64,000 nt of DNA, taken from positions 1-64,000 of IMG/VR virus record IMGVR_UViG_3300020576_006124, one strand, 5' to 3'. Every line of letters starts with the position of its first letter. The stretch's first letter is position 1. The DNA is from a virus. Taxonomy: Duplodnaviria; Caudoviricetes. The translations under genes were made by a program, and so were the position numbers. Below, piece after piece: positions 1 through 9,764 of the stretch. Under the pieces are notes generated by a model. That model was given only the letters and a program-made list of their open reading frames with translations, was not told where the DNA came from and ran no database searches.

Positions 1-165
1 GAAAAATTTTTCATGTACCTTAAGGAAAACCCTGAATTCCTAAGAGCTATTTTTGGTCCTAGAGAAGAAATACAATCTATAGAGTATTTTGAATTAATAG
101 CTTTAGGAGTTCTTATTGAGGGTTTCAAGCATTATGGTCATACCTTAGAGGAAGTTTTTAGCTAG
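1..165 (+). CDS. 3' end of a hypothetical protein (partial)
   Basis: Frame 1 is open from base 1 (EKFFMYLKENPEF...) to TAG at 163-165. Confidence 0.6.
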   Translation, partial: EKFFMYLKENPEFLRAIFGPREEIQSIEYFELIALGVLIEGFKHYGHTLEEVFS

Positions 166-181
166 TTGAGGGAAAGGCTCT

Positions 182-460
182 ATGGACATCATCAATCAAA
201 ACCTAACATTAATCTCTGTAATCTTCTTAGGACTTTTTGTACTTTTTATTGTTATTCCTTTTCTTAGGAAATTTATTTTTGATACTCAGACCTCAAAGGA
301 ATGGGAAGAGAATTTTCCTAAAGGAAGACTAGTAATGGCTCTAACTTTAGTTCTAGTAGGAATTACAGGACTATGCACTTCTTGGTTTTTCAATGTCAAA
401 GAAAAGAAAGAAATGGATAAATCCTTTATTAACCAAAGGGAACAAGCGGCGTCCAAATGA
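182..460 (+). CDS. small two-TM membrane protein, partner of the SPFH protein
   Basis: Two hydrophobic segments; ATGA overlap with the next gene. Confidence 0.65.
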   Translation: MDIINQNLTLISVIFLGLFVLFIVIPFLRKFIFDTQTSKEWEENFPKGRLVMALTLVLVGITGLCTSWFFNVKEKKEMDKSFINQREQAASK

Positions 461-1314
461 AAAAAGTCACTCTCTCACTCATCTTCCTTCTTACAGCCAT
501 CATTCTTTGGGGATGTAGATCCAACTATTCAACTGTTCCACCTAACTTTATTGGGAAGATCCTTACACCCCAAGGGTGGTCTGATGGAATCGTTGAATCT
601 GGTCAGGTAGATATTGGCCAGACTGATTCCAATGGATTAGAGAATACTCTTGTCCTAGTGGAGAATTCTACTGTTACCGTTAAAGAGTCTTTCTCTAAGA
701 CGGAAGAGGGTGACCATCGTATTAGTACGATGAACCCTGAGAAGAGTCCGCCTCTTTCAGTAGGCGTTCGTGTCCAAATTGGACTACCCCAGGACAAAGC
801 TCAAAGGGAGGCTGTATTTTCTATGGTTTCCCCACAAGGAAGGAGAGAGGGAACTCCTGGATCTGATCGGAACTCGGAGAGAACCTCCTACATCTATTTG
901 GACTCAATATACTACAAGATGGCCACTGGTGTTATCAGGAATAGAATTAGAACAGTCTTCTCCAAGTATAACAATTATAACGACCTTATGGCAAACTATT
1001 CAAAGTTGAATAACGAGATTTCTCAGGTAGTTAGCTCTTCTTTTAAAGAAACCAAGACTCCTCTTGTCCTTCTCTCTGCAGAAGTTTCCAATGTTAAACC
1101 TGACGAGGCTATTACTCAAGCTCAAAATCAGCTAGCAGCAGCTCAATCAGAGATTGATCAAATGGATGCTGTTGGTGAGGCTATTCAGAGAAACCCTGGA
1201 TATCTTGAGAAGTATAAGTGGGATGTCATCAGGGAAGCGGCTGGCAAGGGTTCTACAATCATTATTGACGCTTCTGAGAAGAAAAGTACTACTACAACCC
1301 TCCCTCTTAGATAA
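457..1314 (+). CDS. SPFH/band-7 (prohibitin-like) lipoprotein
   Basis: Signal peptide with lipobox-like LWGC; 'TVPPNFIGKIL', 'IRNRIRTVFSKY', 'VSNV..D..I..A' and a C-terminal coiled coil typical of SPFH. Confidence 0.7.
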   Translation: MKKVTLSLIFLLTAIILWGCRSNYSTVPPNFIGKILTPQGWSDGIVESGQVDIGQTDSNGLENTLVLVENSTVTVKESFSKTEEGDHRISTMNPEKSPPLSVGVRVQIGLPQDKAQREAVFSMVSPQGRREGTPGSDRNSERTSYIYLDSIYYKMATGVIRNRIRTVFSKYNNYNDLMANYSKLNNEISQVVSSSFKETKTPLVLLSAEVSNVKPDEAITQAQNQLAAAQSEIDQMDAVGEAIQRNPGYLEKYKWDVIREAAGKGSTIIIDASEKKSTTTTLPLR

Positions 1315-1712
1315 TGCTACTCCCTAAATCAGTAAAAAATATCAACCCCTCAACTGAAGAATCGGGGGGGACTAATACTAATACAGACTACATTCTTAAG
1401 ATTTTAGTTTGGGTTAACTTTATTCTTACTTTTGTTCTTCTAGCTCTTTTAGCTCTCCTTCTCAAACGACAATGAAAAACATCTGCTTTCTCGCCCTGAC
1501 CTTAGCTTCCTGTGCATTAGTTGTGTTAGACTTTCCACTATTAGGCTTAGTCTTATTATTTGCTACTTTCTTATTAATTCTAGTGTCCTCTTATTTTGAG
1601 GATAAAAATACACTATCCAATCCCTCAGCAAACTTTGAGTACTATCGTCTTCCTGATGACCCACTTAAAAACGGATTTAGAGTCAGGAAGAATACTTATG
1701 TAAAGCCTGTGG

Positions 1713-2705
1713 ATGATACAACTGATGAAAAATCAACTTGAGGATAATCTAGAATTTAGGGAGGATTTTTCTTCCCTAAATTCTATTGATACCTTAGATA
1801 AAAGACAATTAAAGCTATCTATATTAAAGCTTTCTTTATTCAAAAAGTTTTCTCCTTTAATATTTATTAGATGTTTGTTTACAAAGAAAGAAAACTTACT
1901 GTCTAATAGGAAACTCATGTTTTTCTTTTCTAATACCTTAATAAGAAATCCAAAAAAGAGGACAGTTGTATTGGAATCTAAATTGGATCAGCTTAGAGAC
2001 AAATACTTAGGGATTAAAAATAATGTAAAACTTGAATTTCTTCGTAATTTAAAGAACACACCAGATTCGATTAAAAGATTCCTAAATACCCATTTTTACT
2101 ATTTACTTAGAAGAATAGGTATAGATTTAGATTTTCTCCTACATACTTCGAGCGTGGGGGACATACCTTTTGACCAGAAAAAACTTAATATCTTTCTTTC
2201 AAAGATCCATAATATCTCTGAAATAGAGAGCTACTTAATACCTCTAAATTTTCTTTATTATGTTGCCGATCAGGTTAAAAAAACGGAACAAACTAGTTTT
2301 CGTCTAGACAATTTTTATTACTCTTATACTCAAAACTTTCATTTAACTGATAGAGAGCAAGAAGTAACTTCTTCGGTAGAAAGAATTTATGAATTAATCG
2401 AAGAGAAGACAGAGAATCTAGAACTACTTTCTTCCAGACTAAGAGAGCACTCAGAAAAATTAGATCAAGCGGCTGTTAAGTTTAACACTCAAATATCTCT
2501 TTCTATTTTAGAGGAGAATCTACAAGATATAGAAAGATCTATTATTAATGGATCTAAGGAAGAGAGAAATCTATCTAGACAGGTTAGGGATCTTGACAAA
2601 GATGTTAAATACAGCCTAGAAGAAATTGGTAAATTAGATATTGAAATTAAAGAACTTCAAATAGCCACTAGAGAATTTAACTACCTTATTAAACTTAGTA
2701 TTTAA
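1713..2705 (+). CDS. hypothetical protein with C-terminal coiled coil
   Basis: 330-aa ORF with heptad-rich C-terminus. Confidence 0.55.
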   Translation: MIQLMKNQLEDNLEFREDFSSLNSIDTLDKRQLKLSILKLSLFKKFSPLIFIRCLFTKKENLLSNRKLMFFFSNTLIRNPKKRTVVLESKLDQLRDKYLGIKNNVKLEFLRNLKNTPDSIKRFLNTHFYYLLRRIGIDLDFLLHTSSVGDIPFDQKKLNIFLSKIHNISEIESYLIPLNFLYYVADQVKKTEQTSFRLDNFYYSYTQNFHLTDREQEVTSSVERIYELIEEKTENLELLSSRLREHSEKLDQAAVKFNTQISLSILEENLQDIERSIINGSKEERNLSRQVRDLDKDVKYSLEEIGKLDIEIKELQIATREFNYLIKLSI

Positions 2706-2736
2706 TTTAGGGTTAAACGCCTCAGGAGAAAAAACA

Positions 2737-5315
2737 ATGGCCCTATACGTAACAACGAACTCAAGTCCCTCTTTAGATTTTCCTCATTATATAGGGAATA
2801 CTTATCCAAAGTTTGACGATCCTAATTTTATTACTACCGTTGTTGAAGTTCAAGCTGATAGTGACGAGTTAGAAAGAATTCTCAATAAGTTTAATAACAT
2901 CCCTTATTGTAAGTCTAGAGTAGTACGCTGGACTGGAGATTATGCAAGGTTTATTTTAAGCAACTGGAACTTGATAAATTCATGAAAAATCTAGGTAGGC
3001 TCTTAATCTTACTAACCTTAGTTCTAATAAGCTTATACGGTTGCGATAATAGTAAAAGTACTAATGGATATATTGAATGTACGGATCCAGTAGCAGTCCG
3101 TAGATTCCTTTATAGGGATCCTAACAGAGAGGATCTTTATTTTGAACGATATGTAGAGTACTCTTGTCAAGAAGGTACTACATATAAAGTACAGTGCCCG
3201 TAGATCTTAGAAGACTTATGCTGCCTCTATTTTTACCGACTTGGGGGGACCAAGTTGAAAGCAGTAATGGCCATAATGCCGGGGTATACTCTCCAGTTCT
3301 ATACAAGTATAGTGAAGAAGGAAAAAATCTAAAGGATCTTCTTAGTGATTATGGGATAACTGTAGAATTTCTAGGAGAATTATCAAAACTCAAGCTAGAA
3401 AAAGGAAAATGGGAAGATCCGTGCATTAGACCCAAATCTAGTAACTCTATTTGGGAACCATTAAAAAAGGATGTAGATTCCGATCTATACTTTTGGTCCA
3501 ACTTATTTGCGGAAGCGAGATTTCTTCAAGTTCGTTCCGATCAACTCAGAGACCTATCTGAAGCACTAGATCTTTTAAAAGGATAAAAGAATGACATCAA
3601 TAGCAATTCTATTTTTAGTTCTATGGATAATTTTCCTGGTCCTCTACGTTATAGAATCCCTTAACCATAAAGGAACACTAAAGCATTGGGGAGATACCCT
3701 TGACGCTTGGAGAAAGACTTTAGACGATTGGGTAGATAGTAGTAATAACCTAATAGAAAAGATTAGAATAAGTAGTCAGAAGTGCCTCTGCAACAAAAAA
3801 GAAAATGAAGTTAGAGAAAGTAAAAATTCCTGATTCTTTAGAGATACTTAATCTTGGAAACTACAAGAAGATTTCTTATTTGGAAGAGGTCTTAAACCGG
3901 CAAATAGAAAGCTATACTAGTACAGATGAATTTCTTTTTAGAATTTCTTTGTCAGAAGGTGTTATAAAATTATACAGAAGATCTCCATTTAAAGGCTCGT
4001 ATAAACTTAAACTAGTTGCTATATATGACTGTTCTTATAAAACCAGACACAATTTCTGGAAATTCTGGGTGTTTTCAGTAGAAAGATTCTCTATTGATCC
4101 TAAATTCTATGATTTTTTAGTTGAATTAAAGTTAGTCTGGAAGACATTTGTGCCACAGCTAAAAGTAAAACGGAAAAACTCTCTTAATATAGACTCAAAA
4201 GATTAATCCAATGGAGTTTAAAAAACGAACAGACATACCTTTTTATCAATACCATACTTAGTTATGGAAATTATAGGCATAGTATTAATAATTTTCGATT
4301 ATAAGAAATCAGAAAAAGGCGAAAGTGATGGGGGGTTAGTCTTTATAGGGCTTATTCTAGCTTTTGTTGGTTTCCTTAATGGTTGGAACTATCTTACTGA
4401 TGGATTATTCCCCTTATCCTAAATAGCTTTAAGAGACTAAGAAAAAAATGATCCTGGAAGAAAACAGAACCCCTTTCCAACCACCATTCAAACCAAGAAC
4501 TAAAGAGGATTACGAGTTTTGGGAAAAAGTAGCCACTTTACTAGATATGGATTTAGTAGGTTTTACTTTTAGAGATTCCGCCACTTTTGGTGCTAAGGAT
4601 AGAAGATTTTCATTTAGCATAGATAAGATTTTAGCGGATAAGATTATACAACTAGAAAAAGAGAGAAAAAAAGGATGCCCTGTAGAGAAACAGAATCAGA
4701 AATAGAATACTATAAAAATTTGTTCAAAAGAGAGGGAAATTATTCTAGTTTAGATAACAGATGTCTAAAACTATTAGATTATATTAAGTACCTTTATTCT
4801 AGATTAGAAATACCCTTTAGTTTGATTGATAAACATATTGGGAGCTTAGAACGACTTAATTTATACACAGTATTACTCTGTGCTACTCTTAAGTCCTTAA
4901 CCCAAGAGCAATTAGAAGCATTTGTTTACGATGGGAAAATTAAAGAAGCAAGACAGCTAGCTGAATGGTGGGAGGATCATCAAGTAAAGGATAGAGAAAG
5001 AGAGGAATTAGAATCCAAAGCAAAGTTAAAATGAGACGCATACTGAACATAGACCAATTTAGAATTAACTTCCCCGAACTTCCTCATTACCTAGAAGTAG
5101 TTGGAACTCTTATAGATTCACGGACTATGCGTGGTGCTCCTTTACATAAAAGTATATCTATAACGGTTTACAGTTCAATACATGTTAATAAAGAGTGGCA
5201 AATACCTACTACATTTAGTTTAGATTATTGTCATAGCAGTGATAGATGGAAGGATAAAATTTTATCTTTAATTATCAACCACTACAACTTAAAGTTTGAA
5301 GGCAGCTATCTTTAA
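2737..5315 (+). other. run of short co-directional hypothetical phage genes (2737, 2982 lipoprotein-like, 3194, 3591, 3805, 4448, 4675, 5031)
   Basis: Abutting or overlapping ORFs of 70-135 aa; 2982 has an LYGC lipobox. Confidence 0.6.
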
Positions 5316-5363
5316 CTGTACACTATTTAAAAAAGTTTAGGGATATTTCCCAATTTAAAGAAT

Positions 5364-5590
5364 TTCCAGATTGATAGGTCTGGAACTCCTCGTGGTCAAT
5401 GGGAGGTTAAATAAGTTGACAAGTTAAGAACCGGACTTACTAAAACTGGTGGTGGTCAGGAAAGGCGAGATCCATAAATAAAGCCTTCTGGGAAATGGAC
5501 AGACCCAGAGAGTCACTAATCGTCCTAGGAAGAGAAGTGAACGAACTAAGTTGTCTGGGGGAGCTATTATTTCTTCCCCTTTAAATTTTT
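5364..5590 (+). ncRNA. putative structured non-coding RNA
   Basis: ORF-free; hairpins TTCCAGA/TCTGGAA, AAGGC/GCCTT and TCTGGG/CCCAGA; ends in a GGGGGA/TTCCCC hairpin plus T-rich tract. Confidence 0.4.
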
Positions 5591-5606
5591 TAGACTAAAA
5601 GTAACC

Positions 5607-5688
5607 GTCTCCCAGTAATGGCGTGGGTTTCTACCCCATATGTGCATAAAGGACGGCAGATGCAGGTTCGAATCCTGTCTGGGAGGCA
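5607..5688 (+). tRNA. non-canonical tRNA-like gene, anticodon TCT (Arg), lacking a D-arm
   Basis: Acceptor GTCTCCCAG/CTGGGAGGC; anticodon arm GTGGG-TTTCTAC-CCCAT; T-arm GCAGG-TTCGAAT-CCTGT; only 7 nt where the D-arm should be. Confidence 0.65.
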
Positions 5689-5689
5689 G

Positions 5690-6220
5690 TTATAAATTTA
5701 ATAATCCTTTATCAAACTCCCAATGACAATTAGGGCAAAGTAAAACTAAATTTTCTTTACTATTTATAGTTGAGATTAAGGTATCATCTGTGAAGGTAGA
5801 TATACCTTTTTTATGACAAACTTCTACATGTTTATTATATCCACAATTTTCACATATTCTTTCAAGATTCTCTTTTTTTACTAGTGCTCTAGCTAAATCT
5901 CTTACTCTACTATTCCTTTGGTAAATTCGCTGTGACTTAACTTCTCCATAGGTTATCTTATCCCAATCTACTTGAAATCTCTCTAAGTAGCACTTTTTAC
6001 AAAAAGTGCTACTAGCAGGAATTTGACAATTACATCCTCTACAAAGCCCTTCCTCTTTTCTTTTAGGAAAATCTTTGTTATTTTTCTTAGCTGCGCAAGA
6101 TCTAGAGCAGTAAAAATTACCCGTTCTGTTTTTCTCTTTATCCCCGGGTGAAATATACTTTTTTACTTCTTTACCACAAAAAGCACAAACTATTACATGA
6201 TTTGAATTATCCATAATCAT
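5690..6220 (-). CDS. HNH endonuclease with N-terminal Zn-finger repeats (putative homing endonuclease)
   Basis: CENCG...VEVCHKK...NLVLLCPNCHWEFD HNH motif; CAFC, CSRSC and CRGC fingers; antisense to neighbours. Confidence 0.88.
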   Translation of the reverse strand: MIMDNSNHVIVCAFCGKEVKKYISPGDKEKNRTGNFYCSRSCAAKKNNKDFPKRKEEGLCRGCNCQIPASSTFCKKCYLERFQVDWDKITYGEVKSQRIYQRNSRVRDLARALVKKENLERICENCGYNKHVEVCHKKGISTFTDDTLISTINSKENLVLLCPNCHWEFDKGLLNL

Positions 6221-6229
6221 ATATAATAG

Positions 6230-6262
6230 AGGTCAACAGTTCGAGTCTGTTCGGGGTCGCCA
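6230..6262 (+). pseudogene. orphan 3' half of a tRNA
   Basis: AGGTC variable loop, T-arm AACAG-TTCGAGT-CTGTT, then CGGGGTC-G-CCA; no matching 5' strand upstream. Confidence 0.7.
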
Positions 6263-6272
6263 AATTTTCGTA

Positions 6273-6436
6273 TAAGACTACCTGAGTTACTAGTTTAGGG
6301 GAAAAATAATAGAAAAAGGTTACATTCTTTACCGGATAGACTGCAGCACAGATTGCAGATGATCCCTGGAGAGGCTATGCCTTTGCCGGGGGTGAGACCC
6401 AAGGAATTAAAGAAACCTTTTTTCTAAATAGTCTTA
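6273..6436 (+). ncRNA. putative stalk-and-multibranch structured RNA
   Basis: Nested pairings TAAGACTA/TAGTCTTA and TAGAAAAAGGTT/AACCTTTTTTCTA enclose CTGCA/TGCAG, CCCTGG/CCGGGG and GGGT/ACCC hairpins. Confidence 0.5.
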
Positions 6437-6464
6437 CCAATTTAACTCCCGCCAAAAACCTAAT

Positions 6465-8749
6465 ATGAAAACACCACAAGAACTTAGAGCTATTGTAGAT
6501 GAGAGAAAAAAACTTTTAGATAAAAAAAAATCCTTAGAAATAGAATCTTTTGAGGAGTTAAAGCAAGAGCTTGTTAATAAAAGATTAAAGAAAATAGAAG
6601 ATAGTCTTGAAAGTGCAGCCAAGACAGGACACCTCAGTGTAGATTTTTGTGTAGGTTTTCATGAGGATGAATATATAGAATTTTCCTCTAAAGTTCGAAG
6701 TAAGGGAGTAGAATCTCCATATTCTCTAGACAACTTTACCATGGAGATTACAAAAGATATAGCTACTTATTTTGAGGATAAAGGATTTACCGTAGAAACA
6801 TACCCCCGCAACGTTTCTGCTGTGTTAGTTGTTTCCTTCTAAGATAAAATGGTAGGGACTTTACTATTAAAAGACTTCAGGAAACTCTTTAGCCTAGATA
6901 AAATTACAGTTTAGCATCGCAAATCCGTAAGGACAAAGGAACATCCTTGTAGGAGCTTCGGTAATAAACTACGGGGTTGTCTGCACGAATAAGTTGAAAT
7001 AAACCGAAATAAGGCATGACTTACCTGGAAGTAAATCGGATCAGTTCCTTAAAGAGAAAGATGGAAGTAATAAAAACTTTTCAATGTCCTATCTGCCTTG
7101 AATACTATCAAACAGAAGAGGACGCCCAGGAGTGCTTAGATAGAGGATCACCTTCTCATAGATTCAAAGTGGGGGATACAGTCTATATCAAACTTAGATA
7201 TCCAAAAGATAATGGCGTTGAGTATATACGGGCTAATGTTTTAGGATTAGCACAATCAGATCACATATCCCCTAATTATGCTATAGATAAAACTGTTCAA
7301 ATTGGGAAAGACTACTATGCAGGGAACTCTCTATGTAAAGATGACTATACCAGTTGGATCGGGCCTTGTTTTGAATCTTCCATGTTTACTAAACAAGAGA
7401 TAGGAGACTCATTATACGACGATGAACCCTAATAAGTATTTTCTAGTTTACCTAGAAGGAGATAATAGTGATACTCATAGTGTTTTTCATTCAACCCTAG
7501 TAATAGCAGATAGTGAAGCCTCTGCCAAGAAGAAATTCTGCAGCAGAACTGAGTATTCAAGAGAAGATTTTGATAATGAATGTATAAGCATTATGGAGAT
7601 TAATCCTATCATTTAGGGGTATAAGTTAGAGCGAGACTGAGATACAAATGAAGAATCCAGATAAGCTTCCTCAGTGCATAGTCAGAGTATCTGATGGAGT
7701 TAAGTTTTTCCTGAACCCAAATGGTACTTATTCTCTAAAGGATGGAAAACTGTCTTATGCAATGGAGTGGTCATACGAGACCCTTATGGTTAATTATAGA
7801 CCACAATTTAAAATTTGGACACCAGAAATTCAAGAAAGGGTTGAAAGAGAATCTGTAGAAGAATACTTAAAGAGCCTTGAGGACAAAGAAATCCTTGAAT
7901 GGAAAACCCATCCAGACTCTTTTGAAGGATTTTGTGAAAGATGTGGGGCTCAAGAAATCTTAATTAGACAATTAGATCCTTATTTAAAAGAGATTGATAA
8001 TATTGAAGAGGATATCTGCTTCTGTAGAAAATGCTACCATGAAAGATTAGATGATATTTAGCATTTAAGGGAGCAACCCAGAAAACGACATGAACACACG
8101 AAGAAACTTTCTTGCCCTACTCTTATCCACTGTTTTATACCCTATTTCTTCTAGTCATACTAACACTAAAGAAGAAAGTAGGAGACTAAAGAAGGAGACT
8201 CTCATAACTTCTTTAGAAGAACTAGTTAAGTCATCCCGTACAGATACTTTTAAGATTGTATTTGAAGATGATACTTTCTTATTAGGCTCTTTTTCTACAC
8301 CAAAAAATATATGGGGATTTAATGACTACTTTATTTATTTCCATGTTTTAGGCAGCACGTTAGAAAAACTAAATTTTTTTGGGGATAAAGACTTAGGGAT
8401 TCCTGAAGGTGGAGTATGCCCTCTTATTGAAAATCTTCTTATTAATATTGATGGGACTGGTATCCTTGGAGCGGAAGAAGGCCCTATTAAATTCGTATCT
8501 CAAGAAATTATAGGAATTTACAAAATAAGCTGACTTATGAATAGAGACTATTTAGCGGGTTTTATACAAGAGTTTAATGAGTCTGAGGGATTTACAAAAG
8601 ATAACTCCATATGTACTTGTCCTTGCCACAATCCAGGAGCTAAAATTATGCATACTATGCCCTGTTGTACTATTTGTCCGGCCTGCGGTAAGAATATAAG
8701 AATCGGCTATAACTCAACTCATATAACATTTTGTAATGGTAACAAATAA
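6465..8749 (+). other. run of short hypothetical genes (6465, 7016, 7422, 7648, 8090, 8537), several with Cys-pair Zn fingers
   Basis: ORF track; CPIC, CERC/CRKC and CTCPCH...CCTICPAC motifs. Confidence 0.6.
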
Positions 8750-8760
8750 AAGAAGACGGC

Positions 8761-9657
8761 ATGGAAACTTTAGATTTTATAGTTAACACTTTTAATTCTA
8801 TTTTTCCAAAGATAGAATATCCTAAACTAGAAATTAGAAAAATAGTATTACCTTCGGACGATACCACTTTATTTATTTGTAGTGGGATGCAAGAATTCAA
8901 AAAAAGGTTCTTATCCAGAAAGGCAGGTAAGAAGTCTACCTTACAATCCTGTATTAGGACTCCTGATTTAGATTTAGTAGGAGATGGATCACATCTTACA
9001 TCTTTCCAGATGTTAGGTAACTTTGGTTTTAATACAAATGATTACGAAGTAGTTTGTTTAACCTGGTTAGATTATATCAACCAATTAGGAATATCCCCAA
9101 CACATATTACAGCCCACCCAAACTCTAATTATAAATTCTTTAAAGATAAGATTGATATAGTCTTATCTGATGATAACGTATGGTCTGATGGATCAATAGG
9201 GGGAAACTGTATAGAATTTTATGTGAATGATTTAGAAATAGGAAATTTAGTTAACCCCTTAGGTCACTCAGTAGATGTAGGATTTGGATTAGAACGATTA
9301 GTTCAGATAATAGAAAAGAAGAGTCATATAGAAGATACTTCTCTGTTCGATCAAACCCTTCCTATTGGAGTAAGAGATCTTCAAAGAACCTTAGAGTTAC
9401 TTTTTCGTAACTCAGTATATCCTGGCGCTAAAGGCAGAAATTCTGTTTGCAGATACCTATTAAGAAAGTATATGGAATTAGGGGGAACAGATTTTCAAGA
9501 TTGGATTAGAGAAGAAGAAAAATTATTATCTCGGAAGAAAAGCTTGTTAGAGAAAAAAAAATCTATCTTTCATACTAAACCCTATGATTATTGGTATCAA
9601 ACTTACGGAATAACCCAGAAGGATATAGAAGATTTTTTGAAATCTAGAGAAATCTAG
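8761..9657 (+). CDS. alaS: truncated alanyl-tRNA synthetase (aminoacylation core only)
   Basis: AlaRS motifs DDTTLFICSGMQEFK, QSCIR..DLD.VG...HLTSFQMLGNF, LEIGNLV, VDVGFGLERL, YPGAKGRNSVCRYLLRK, YQTYGI; 298 aa with no editing or C-Ala domain. Confidence 0.9.
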   Translation: METLDFIVNTFNSIFPKIEYPKLEIRKIVLPSDDTTLFICSGMQEFKKRFLSRKAGKKSTLQSCIRTPDLDLVGDGSHLTSFQMLGNFGFNTNDYEVVCLTWLDYINQLGISPTHITAHPNSNYKFFKDKIDIVLSDDNVWSDGSIGGNCIEFYVNDLEIGNLVNPLGHSVDVGFGLERLVQIIEKKSHIEDTSLFDQTLPIGVRDLQRTLELLFRNSVYPGAKGRNSVCRYLLRKYMELGGTDFQDWIREEEKLLSRKKSLLEKKKSIFHTKPYDYWYQTYGITQKDIEDFLKSREI

Positions 9658-9764
9658 AATGATTCTAAATAAAAGTCTATTTTCTGATATAGTAGTTAAA
9701 GTAACCCTATTCAAATTTAAGTTATCAAGACGAGAAAGAAAAAAGAAAGGATAATTGAAAACTA

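Noticed and set aside
5623-5639. Amber-suppressor (CTA) reading of the tRNA-like anticodon, implying TAG recoding
   Set aside because: The 5-bp stem frames the loop as TTTCTAC, giving anticodon TCT. TAG terminates many well-formed genes and conserved enzymes are uninterrupted under the standard code.
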